Of a stretch of DNA of 64,000 bases, positions 38,844-46,930 are shown one piece after another. Below the pieces are notes generated by a model. The model was not told the DNA's origin. It did not search any database and saw only the letters and a program-made list of their open reading frames with translations. The DNA is taken from NCBI GenBank assembly GCA_031553535.1, contig JAVBLM010000049.1:11998-75997 (forward strand), written 5' to 3'. The stretch is from Bacteroidales bacterium. GTDB lineage: Bacteria > Bacteroidota > Bacteroidia > Bacteroidales > WCHB1-69. Position numbers and translations under genes: made by a program. The number at the start of each line of letters is the position of its first letter. The stretch's first letter is position 1.

Positions 38844-39209
38844 ATGAAAGAAAGTATATTGAGAGAGAAGAGTTTTCGCTTTGCAATAAGAATTGTGAAT
38901 CTTTATGAGTATTTATGTAGAGAAAAAAAAGAATTTGTTTTATCCAAACAGGCTTTACGAAGTGGTACTTCTGTTGGAGCGATGACCAGGGAAGCAGAAC
39001 ATTCAGAAAGTAAAGCAGATTTTATTCATAAAATGGCAATAGCTCAAAAAGAAATCAACGAAACTATTTATTGGCTCGAATTATTGAAAGAAACAAAATA
39101 TATTTCATACGAAGAATTTGAAAGTATTGATGCAGATGTGATTGAAATTATCAAGATGATAACGTCAACAATAAAAACAACAAAATCAAAATTAACCACT
39201 AACAACTAA
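38844..39209 (+). CDS. Four-helix-bundle protein (23S rRNA intervening-sequence protein family)
   Basis: 121 aa. FRFAIRIVNLYEYL...VLSKQALRSGTSVGAMTREAEHSESKADFIHKMAIAQKEINETIYWLELL is the family signature. Flanked by inverted word repeats. Confidence 0.8.
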   Translation: MKESILREKSFRFAIRIVNLYEYLCREKKEFVLSKQALRSGTSVGAMTREAEHSESKADFIHKMAIAQKEINETIYWLELLKETKYISYEEFESIDADVIEIIKMITSTIKTTKSKLTTNN

Positions 39210-39221
39210 TCACTAAAAAAG

Positions 39222-39644
39222 ATGTCAATCCCTTCCATTTCACGGTACATTCCACAGCGTTTGCCTTTTGTTATGGTGGATAAACTGATCTTTTGTAATA
39301 ACGAGCAAACACAGACAGAGTTCCTTATCCGGGAAGATAATCTATTTGTTGCAGATGGGCAGTTTCTGGAAATGGGTGTTTTGGAGAATGTTGCTCAGAC
39401 ATGTGCTGCCCGGTTAGGGTATTTAAATGAGAGTCAACCGGTAAAAATCGGAATGATCGGCTCGGTAGATAACTTTGAATTGTTTTATTCACCTTCCATA
39501 GGAGAGACAATTATTACCACCATTACTGTCACTGCTGAAGTTCTTAATGTTATATTATTATCGGCAAATACACTTTGTGGTGATACTTTGGTTGCTTCTT
39601 GTAATATGAAAGTTATATTAACGGATATCGTAAGTGAATCATAG
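39222..39644 (+). CDS. Hot-dog fold 3-hydroxyacyl-ACP dehydratase (FabA/FabZ-like, polyene type)
   Basis: 140 aa. IPQRLPFVMVDKL N-terminus, typical of dehydratases in aryl-polyene/flexirubin clusters. Confidence 0.5.
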   Translation: MSIPSISRYIPQRLPFVMVDKLIFCNNEQTQTEFLIREDNLFVADGQFLEMGVLENVAQTCAARLGYLNESQPVKIGMIGSVDNFELFYSPSIGETIITTITVTAEVLNVILLSANTLCGDTLVASCNMKVILTDIVSES

Positions 39645-39649
39645 AAGAT

Positions 39650-40081
39650 ATGGAGAAAGAAAAAGTTATATTGAAGGCGGAAAAGGAATTTAATGTACGT
39701 TTCAGCGAAGTGGATTCTATGGGTATTGTTTGGCATGGTTCCTATTCCCTTTATTTCGAAGATGCCCGGGAAGCATTCGGGAAGAAATTCGGCCTTGAAT
39801 ATTTGTATATGTTCGAGGAAGGCTTTTATGCCCCTTTGGTGGAGTTGCATTTCGAATACAAACGTCCTTTGAAATACAAAGATAAAGGTAGGGTAGAGGT
39901 TACATTTCGCAATACCGAGGCCGCCAAGATAATCTTTGACTATAAGATATTTTCTGTAGATTCCAATGAATTGATTGCAACAGGGTATTCTGTTCAGGTG
40001 TTTTTGGATAAGGATTATAGTTTGGTATGGTCGGCGCCTTCATTTTTTCTTCAATGGAAGCAACTCAACAGATTGATATGA
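39650..40081 (+). CDS. 4HBT/YbgC-like acyl-CoA/ACP thioesterase
   Basis: 143 aa. VRFSEVDSMGIVWHGSYSLYFEDAREAF is the hot-dog thioesterase signature. Confidence 0.7.
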   Translation: MEKEKVILKAEKEFNVRFSEVDSMGIVWHGSYSLYFEDAREAFGKKFGLEYLYMFEEGFYAPLVELHFEYKRPLKYKDKGRVEVTFRNTEAAKIIFDYKIFSVDSNELIATGYSVQVFLDKDYSLVWSAPSFFLQWKQLNRLI

Positions 40082-41232
40082 TATACAAGATAAGCGACAA
40101 TATTATTTCTTCATTGGGTTTTTCATCTTTAGAGAACTATCAGGCGGTTAAGACGGGAAGAATTGGATTGCAGTACTATGAACATGGATTTGGAGTACCT
40201 GAACCATTCGTTGCTTCTTTATTGGCGGAAGAAAAACTTGATCATACTTTCTTTAACATGCCCAATACAGGAAAAATAAACTATACCAAACTGGAAAAGG
40301 CTGCGATCCTGTCGGTTTATAATGCTCTTTCCAAAGCGGATATTGATCCTTCTAATGATAATGTTTTATTTATCTTTTCAACTACAAAAGGAAATGTAGA
40401 GTTGTTGGAAAAGAATGATTATGAGTCCGAGCGTATTTATCTATGGCGTTCGGCACAATTGATTGCCGGATATTTTGGAAACAGCAATGAGCCGCTTGTT
40501 GTTAGCAATGCTTGCATATCGGGCGTTGCGGCTCAGATTTCCGCAACGCGATATTTAACATCTCAAAGAGTTAAATATGCTATTGTTGTGGGTGCGGAAG
40601 TGCTTTCGAAATTTATCATTTCCGGTTTCCAATCTTTTAAGGCATTGTCTCAGGAGATATGCAAACCTTTCGATAAGAACAGGACCGGCTTGAATCTGGG
40701 GGAAGCGGCAGCTACTATTATTTATTCGATTGCCGGTTCAGAGGATCATATTCTGGATAATGCAATTGTTTTAGAAAACGGAGCCATTTGCAATGATGCA
40801 AATCATATATCGGGGCCATCCCGGACGGGTGAAGGGCTGTTTAATGCGATAACAAAGTCCATGCAGGGAATTGATAAAGAAGATATAAGTTTTATTAATG
40901 CTCATGGAACGGCTACTCCATACAATGATGACATGGAATCGATAGCAATAGGACGGTATGAATTAAGCACTGTTCCGGTGAATAGCCTGAAAGCTTATTT
41001 CGGGCATACATTGGGCGCAGCGGGCGTTTTAGAAACAATTATATCTGCCTGTGCACTGGAAGATAATGTTATCCTCAAAAGTTTTGGATGTGAAGAGCAG
41101 GGTGTTACATCACCTATACAGGTAAATACAAGTGTGACGGCATCCGGTAAAAATAGATTCTTGAAACTGATATCAGGATTTGGCGGCAGCAATGCAGCAA
41201 TCGTTATAAAAAGATACACCTCAAAAAAATAG
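40078..41232 (+). CDS. Beta-ketoacyl synthase (second KS of the cluster)
   Basis: The ATG at 40078 overlaps the preceding stop (ATGA). It is preferred over the ORF-track start at 40027. Cys-His-His contexts VSNACISGVAAQ, NAHGTATPYND and YFGHTLGAAG. Confidence 0.8.
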   Translation: MIYKISDNIISSLGFSSLENYQAVKTGRIGLQYYEHGFGVPEPFVASLLAEEKLDHTFFNMPNTGKINYTKLEKAAILSVYNALSKADIDPSNDNVLFIFSTTKGNVELLEKNDYESERIYLWRSAQLIAGYFGNSNEPLVVSNACISGVAAQISATRYLTSQRVKYAIVVGAEVLSKFIISGFQSFKALSQEICKPFDKNRTGLNLGEAAATIIYSIAGSEDHILDNAIVLENGAICNDANHISGPSRTGEGLFNAITKSMQGIDKEDISFINAHGTATPYNDDMESIAIGRYELSTVPVNSLKAYFGHTLGAAGVLETIISACALEDNVILKSFGCEEQGVTSPIQVNTSVTASGKNRFLKLISGFGGSNAAIVIKRYTSKK

Positions 41233-41862
41233 ATGGAGTTGGAATTGGAAATAAAGTCATATTGCCGGATTACAAATCATAGCGTGTCTTTGAATGGGAA
41301 GGAAATACCTGTAACCCGTTCGAATGAAGAAGAAAGTATATGGTTGGACGATATCTATAGGTCATTGAAAATGCAATACCTGAAGTTTTTCAAGATGGAC
41401 GGCCTTTGCAAAGCCGGTTTTCTGGCGGCGGAATTGGTATGCAACGATTGCGGTTTGGACAGAGATAACCCGAAAAGAGATACGGCAATTGTATGCGTTA
41501 ATAGTTCTTCTTCTTTAGACGATGATACCGTTTACCAGCAGACGATTGAAGACAAAGATAATTATTATCCGAGTCCTTCTGTTTTTGTTTATACGCTGGC
41601 AAATATTGTAACGGGAGAAATCGCGATACGTCATAAAATTATGGGGGAGACTTCCTTCTATATTACCGAGAACTTTTCCCCGCAATATATTTGTGACACA
41701 ATAAATGATGTGTTTGCAGATAATTCCGTTAACGGATTGTTATGTGGATGGACAGAATATTATCATGGCAATTGTGATGTCTTGATGATGTATATTTGCC
41801 GAAGCGACGAATCCCCGGTGAAGCTGATATCACAACATATTGCCGGCTTGTATGGTATTTAA
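41233..41862 (+). CDS. KS-N-terminal-like protein lacking the catalytic triad (chain-length-factor-like partner)
   Basis: 209 aa, starting 1 nt after the KS stop. Thiolase-like N-terminal pattern (FFKMDGLCKAGFLAAEL...) without an active-site Cys context. By-eye call. Confidence 0.4.
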   Translation: MELELEIKSYCRITNHSVSLNGKEIPVTRSNEEESIWLDDIYRSLKMQYLKFFKMDGLCKAGFLAAELVCNDCGLDRDNPKRDTAIVCVNSSSSLDDDTVYQQTIEDKDNYYPSPSVFVYTLANIVTGEIAIRHKIMGETSFYITENFSPQYICDTINDVFADNSVNGLLCGWTEYYHGNCDVLMMYICRSDESPVKLISQHIAGLYGI

Positions 41863-41977
41863 TATTCCTTGGAGCAAGTTTGTTCTTTCCGTTTCCGCTA
41901 TAGTAATGTCGTGAGCTTACTTATCGGTTGTCATTATGTATGGGGAATTTTTGTAATTTTGCCTTGAATATATATGG

Positions 41978-43048
41978 ATGTTAAAAATGAAAGTTAAGTT
42001 ATTCCTTACTTTTGATCATGAGTTACCTTTAGGTGGGTTAAATACTTCGTATAAGAAAGCATTGTTTGATCCGACTCAGAAAGTTATGGACATAGCAGAC
42101 AGGTATGGTATTAAAATAACCTTATTTTCGGATATTCTTTGTGCTTACAGATATAAAGAATGGGATTTCGAAGGATTTTATCTGCCGTATCAAGAACAAC
42201 TCCAATATGCAATTGTAAACAGGAATGATGTGCAGTTACATATTCATCCGCATTGGTTGACCACGGGATATAACAAGAAAGAGTTTTTACCCTCTAATGA
42301 TTTTACTTTATCTGATTTTAAGAATGATACATTGTTCGGAGGGATACCGGGAATTATAAAGTTTTCAATTAATGAGCTTTCCAATATATGTGTTCCGGTG
42401 GATAGCAATTACAAATGCATCGCCTTCCGGGGGGGCGGATATAATGTTCACCCCAATACGGATTTAATATTTAATAACCTGTATGATAATGGAATTTGTT
42501 ATGACAGCTCTATGGCAAAAGGTTATTATTTCAGATCCGGTATATCAGAGATTGATTTCAGAAAATTACCGGATTTACCTAACTGGATTGTTGATCCGGA
42601 GGATTATCATGCCGCATTATCGGATAGAACCGGGGTGCTGGAAATTCCCATTGCTACAATACCCAAAACCCCTTTTGAAATACCGACAAAGTTCAAATTG
42701 AAGAAATATGGGTACAGGGCAGTGGAAAATAGGGGTAGAGTTATTCATAACTACTATAAAGCCGACCTGTATTCAACGATAAAGATGCTTTTTGCTGCGA
42801 GAATGCTTACGTTTGATAATCATACATTGTCATTGGATTATCTTTTAAAAATAATTCAATACAACATTAGGAAATATGAAAATAAATCGAATGAGATCAT
42901 GCTTAGTGTAATCTCCCATCCCAAGAGTATGGGAAATTATTCTTTCGAATTGATGGAGGGATTTATATCTTCGATTCAGAGGTTGTACCCGGACGTGGAG
43001 TTTACTACATTTTCACAGCACCATAATATGTGGAGTCATACCAAATAA
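41978..43048 (+). CDS. Putative CE4/polysaccharide-deacetylase-like hydrolase
   Basis: 356 aa. LTFDHELPLGG, IKITLFSD and LHIHPHW resemble the Asp/His metal motifs of NodB-type deacetylases. Weak by-eye call. Confidence 0.35.
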   Translation: MLKMKVKLFLTFDHELPLGGLNTSYKKALFDPTQKVMDIADRYGIKITLFSDILCAYRYKEWDFEGFYLPYQEQLQYAIVNRNDVQLHIHPHWLTTGYNKKEFLPSNDFTLSDFKNDTLFGGIPGIIKFSINELSNICVPVDSNYKCIAFRGGGYNVHPNTDLIFNNLYDNGICYDSSMAKGYYFRSGISEIDFRKLPDLPNWIVDPEDYHAALSDRTGVLEIPIATIPKTPFEIPTKFKLKKYGYRAVENRGRVIHNYYKADLYSTIKMLFAARMLTFDNHTLSLDYLLKIIQYNIRKYENKSNEIMLSVISHPKSMGNYSFELMEGFISSIQRLYPDVEFTTFSQHHNMWSHTK

Positions 43049-43058
43049 CGGTGGAAAG

Positions 43059-43925
43059 ATGGAGATAAAAAAAATAATATGCAAGATAATCCCTAATCAT
43101 AAAATAGCAAAAATAAGGAATAAATACTATGTAGTACGCCAGGGATTTCATAGACCTATATCTGAGGATTTTTTCATGAATAAAGTTCTATTCAGGCTTG
43201 GTATAAACAAAGGGGATACATTGTTTATCCATAGTTCCATGGATTTCTTGAATATAGACTTTTCCCCCCTTCGGCTGTTGGATATACTGATTGATACGGT
43301 TGGGAAAGATGGGAATCTGATTTTTCCTGCCTGGCATTTTAACTACCGGGCAGAAGATTATTTGAAAGACGACAGTACTGTCTTTGATATAAAGCGTTCG
43401 CCGGCAGTAATGGGCTTATTACCTGAATTGGCAAGGAGGCTTCCGGGTGCACAGAGAAGTATTCATCCTGTAAGTTCGGTTGTTGCCGTCGGTATAAATG
43501 CGGAGGAAATAGTTGGTAGTCACGAACAATCCGTGTATCCCTGTGGGGAGTTAAGCCCTTATTATAAGATGTTGAAATATAATGCCAAGATAATAGGGCT
43601 TGGGGTTAACGCAAACTTTCTTTCGTTTGTTCATTGCCCGGAAGATATTATGGGAAAGGATTTTCCAATACAAACTCGAACCGACAAGTTGTATATAGGT
43701 AAAGTGAGATTAATTTCCGGTGAGATTGTTCATGTGGAGACACTGGCAGCGCATCAGAATATTCAGAAAAGGAATATACCTGTGTTCTTGAAGAAATATA
43801 TATCAGGGGAAATCTATTCTGCATATAGAATACATGGCAGTGATTTCTATGTTGTGGATGCAAATGCCTTGTTTGATAAAATGATCGGATTGGCCAAACA
43901 AAATAAAACGATATACAATACTTGA
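43059..43925 (+). CDS. AAC(3)-family (Antibiotic_NAT fold) N-acetyl/acyltransferase
   Basis: 288 aa. LGINKGDTLFIHSSMDFL...LLDILIDTVGKDGNLIFPAW matches the AAC(3) N-terminal signature. Confidence 0.55.
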   Translation: MEIKKIICKIIPNHKIAKIRNKYYVVRQGFHRPISEDFFMNKVLFRLGINKGDTLFIHSSMDFLNIDFSPLRLLDILIDTVGKDGNLIFPAWHFNYRAEDYLKDDSTVFDIKRSPAVMGLLPELARRLPGAQRSIHPVSSVVAVGINAEEIVGSHEQSVYPCGELSPYYKMLKYNAKIIGLGVNANFLSFVHCPEDIMGKDFPIQTRTDKLYIGKVRLISGEIVHVETLAAHQNIQKRNIPVFLKKYISGEIYSAYRIHGSDFYVVDANALFDKMIGLAKQNKTIYNT

Positions 43926-43926
43926 A

Positions 43927-45516
43927 ATGAAATATTTTATATTCAGGAATTATACAATCGAACCATTTTTTGAAGATATAAATGCTTCTTTTTCCGGATA
44001 TGGAGATATTTCTTTTATTGATGAGACGGCTGATGCTTATATCTGGTTTTATCTGCCGCCATATAAGGTCAGCAGTGATATAGCTGCTAAGGAAATATCG
44101 AATTATAGTAACTTATTGGAATTGATTTTGTCCCGATTGGATCCATCCAAGCCGTTTCTTATCTTTTCTATGCAGTTGATTTATAGTATACCTTATCAAC
44201 TGTCGGAGAATATATTGGAGGAGGCTATCTGCCAGTATAATCGTAGAATATATGGGATATCTGAAAATAATTTGAATATAAAAATCATTAATATATCCGG
44301 GTTTTACCGTCGCTTCTCTGAAAACGAATTGATAGACTGGAGGTTTTATTTCCTTTCGCAGATGTCTTTAAATCCTAAGCTGGCCAATGATTTTTCCCGC
44401 TGGTTTTTACGGCAATTGGATATTGTGGAAATGAAACGGAAGAAATGTATTGTTCTGGATCTGGATAATACCCTCTGGGGAGGAATATTGGGAGAAGATG
44501 GGGTGGAAGGTATAAAGATCGATGGCGATTACCCCGGTAATGCCTACCGTTTCTTTCAGCAATATTTGATGGAGTTGGGCCACCATGGGATATTACTGGC
44601 CATATGTAGTAAAAATAATGAAGAGGATGTTCTTGAAATATGGGAGAAATACCCTGATCTGATATTAGGGAAAGATAATATTGTAGCCTATAAGATTAAT
44701 TGGAATAACAAAGCCGATAATATAAAGGAGATCGCTTCGGAGTTAAATATCGGGTTGGACAGTATGGTTTTTATTGATGATAGCCCGGCAGAGAGGGAAT
44801 TAGTCCGGCAGATGTTGCCGCAGGTAACGGTTCCCGATTTTCCTGATCAGCCTTATCTTTTTCCTGAATTTATAAAAGGTCTTACAGAAAAGTATTTTAG
44901 CGCTTATCATTTGACCAGGGAAGATCTTTCAAGAATGCAACAATATAAAGAGAATTTTGCGCGTATACAAACCCAAGGTCGGTTTGCCGATTTTGAGAAT
45001 TATTTGCGAAGCCTGGAAATGGAGTTGACGGTAGAGCCATTGGATAATGTTAATATAACGCGTATTTCACAAATGACTCAGAGAACGAACCAGTTTAATT
45101 TGACAACTCATAGATATACGGAAGCGGATATTTTGGATTTTGCGAAAAGAAAATACTGGATTTATGCTCTACGGGTAAAAGACTGTTTCGGAGATAATGG
45201 CTTGACCGGGTTAATCATTTTAGATAAAAAAAAGGAATTGGCAAGGATTGATACATTCCTTTTGAGTTGCCGGATTCTGGGAAGGAATATCGAAGATGTG
45301 TTTATGCGGTATATGCTTATGAAATTAAAAAACAGTGGTGTACATAAGATTGAAGCTTCCTATATCGGAACCTCAAAAAATGGCCAGGTTGCTGATTTTT
45401 ATGACAGAATAGGCTTTGAGTTGAGGAATAACAATGAAGGAACTAAGAATTACTATTTGAATCTTAATAGATTTGAATATAATGTTGAGGATTTATATCT
45501 AATAAAAGAAAAATGA
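43927..45516 (+). CDS. FkbH-like HAD-IIIC family protein (glyceryl-ACP-forming phosphatase/transferase type)
   Basis: 529 aa. VLDLDNTLWGGILGEDGVEGIKI, ...LAICSKNNEEDV..., ...VFIDDSP.E. and a C-terminal GNAT-like region. Confidence 0.75.
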   Translation: MKYFIFRNYTIEPFFEDINASFSGYGDISFIDETADAYIWFYLPPYKVSSDIAAKEISNYSNLLELILSRLDPSKPFLIFSMQLIYSIPYQLSENILEEAICQYNRRIYGISENNLNIKIINISGFYRRFSENELIDWRFYFLSQMSLNPKLANDFSRWFLRQLDIVEMKRKKCIVLDLDNTLWGGILGEDGVEGIKIDGDYPGNAYRFFQQYLMELGHHGILLAICSKNNEEDVLEIWEKYPDLILGKDNIVAYKINWNNKADNIKEIASELNIGLDSMVFIDDSPAERELVRQMLPQVTVPDFPDQPYLFPEFIKGLTEKYFSAYHLTREDLSRMQQYKENFARIQTQGRFADFENYLRSLEMELTVEPLDNVNITRISQMTQRTNQFNLTTHRYTEADILDFAKRKYWIYALRVKDCFGDNGLTGLIILDKKKELARIDTFLLSCRILGRNIEDVFMRYMLMKLKNSGVHKIEASYIGTSKNGQVADFYDRIGFELRNNNEGTKNYYLNLNRFEYNVEDLYLIKEK

Positions 45517-45740
45517 GAGAAAGAATAAAATCCGTTATAAAACGGGTATTTAAATTAAATCATGTCAGGGATGATATATCGCAAAGTAACTGTGATCGGT
45601 GGAATTCATTAGGTCATTTGAATTTGATCGTAGAATTGGAGATGGAATTTGATGTCTCTTTTAAACCGGAGGACATTATCGAGATAAAATCATTGGATAT
45701 GATTGAAAAGAAATTAAACTCTTTTATTGCTGCGCGATAA
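45513..45740 (+). CDS. Acyl carrier protein (FkbH-associated type)
   Basis: 75 aa with a 4 nt overlap on the FkbH gene. Ser site in RWNSLGHLNLIVELE. Confidence 0.65.
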   Translation: MRERIKSVIKRVFKLNHVRDDISQSNCDRWNSLGHLNLIVELEMEFDVSFKPEDIIEIKSLDMIEKKLNSFIAAR

Positions 45741-45970
45741 TATTCCGGTATCAAACGATTACTATAACATGAGTTCGGGATTTATATCTCATTCCATCAA
45801 TGATTTGTCGAGTTTTAATATTGGAAAATCTTACAAACGAATGTAGAATCCCATTATATGAAAACAAAATATAGTAAAATAACGTTCCCTGATATAATAA
45901 AAGTATCAAATAAAGTAAGATAATCTATTTTTTTAGGGACTGTTTGATATAAAATACTGTTTCAAAAATG

Positions 45971-46240
45971 CCGGGCATACTTTCATAGTATTGCGAAATC
46001 GTCCCCGATGCTCCGGTCATACTTTCGCATAGTTGCGAAACCGTCTCCGATACTCCGGTCATATTTTCGCATAATTGCGAAACTGTCCCCGATGCTCCGG
46101 TCATACTTTCGCATAATTGCGAAACCGTTCCTGATGCTCCGATTATACTTTCGCATGGTTGCGAAACCGTCTCCGATGCTCCGGTTATACTTTCACCATG
46201 TTATGAAACCGTTTCCGGTATGCCGGGCATGATCCCGTGA
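45971..46240 (+). repeat. 42 bp tandem array B (6 units plus degenerate end), unit ccggtcatactttcgcataattgcgaaaccgtctccgatgct
   Basis: Unit starts at 45971, 46013, 46055, 46097, 46139 and 46181. Each has the hairpin tttcgca-taat-tgcgaaa. ORF 46008..46232 merely translates the repeat. Confidence 0.9.
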
Positions 46241-46429
46241 GTATTTTCCATTATTATTATTGTTTTCAGATTATTTTATTTCCTGCTGTAACCCAACCGG
46301 GCTTCAAAAAGACTGTCGTAATTATAAGAATAACATGAGTTTGGGATCAAACAAACAATAAATCAAAATATTATATAGTAGTGATTGAAATTTTTATTAG
46401 ACTTGTCAAAAGTTAAGATAAAATGAATA

Positions 46430-46900
46430 GGGATTCACTCCGTTGAGCTCGCAAGCTCGGTTGTTTCATCGTTTCTCCTCACAGTGACGGAAATGCGTCA
46501 TTGCTAACTTCATCCGCACCAGAACGCGAAGCAGGTAAGAGTAGTGAGACTTTTAAGCGAACTAATCCCTTCAAAAGAAAACGGATACTGAAACAAGTTA
46601 CCAATGACAGAGATTATCTCACTTCGCTTCGATGCTCTCACATGCTTTGCATTCGGATGCTTCGTTCCTCGCAATGACGCTCTTAACCAACATATTGCCG
46701 TTATTGCGAGGAGTGAGGGACGAACGACGTGGCAATCCCTGGCAAAAGAGCGATTTTTCTTTTCAGTTACTGTCATTTCTCACTGTTTGATTGTTTATTA
46801 TTTACCATTCAGTATGATACAGGTTTATTCAGAGCGAGGAACGAAGCACCTGGGGCACGAAGTGTAGCGGAAGCATCGAAACACAGTGAGATAACTCCTA
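46430..46900. repeat. Composite block of mosaic intergenic repeat modules in both orientations
   Basis: Contains ggattcactccgttgagctcgcaagctcggttg, agattatctcacttcgcttcgatgctc, cgttcctcgcaatgacg / ttattgcgaggagtgagggacgaacg, and gaggaacgaagcacctggggcacgaagtgtagcggaagcatcgaaacacagtgagataactcc. All have relatives at 975, 24021, 35037 and 52313. Confidence 0.85.
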
Positions 46901-46930
46901 AGTCAATTTTTGACAACTTTAATATATATC

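Noticed and set aside
40027-40077. Longer ORF-track start for the second KS (40027), and long starts at 51458 (purC), 51424 (OM barrel), 23597 (FtsB-like) and 61842 (precursor, TTG)
   Set aside because: The extensions overlap upstream genes or add residues lacking signal or domain character. Internal ATGs give canonical N-termini (an ATGA overlap, a signal peptide, a conserved PurC start, a GG-leader start).
46008-46232. 74 aa ORF with a 14-residue peptide repeat (MLRSYFRIVAKPSP...)
   Set aside because: It is simply the in-frame translation of 42 bp tandem array B (42 = 14 codons). It has no plausible start context, and equivalent arrays A and C carry no ORF.
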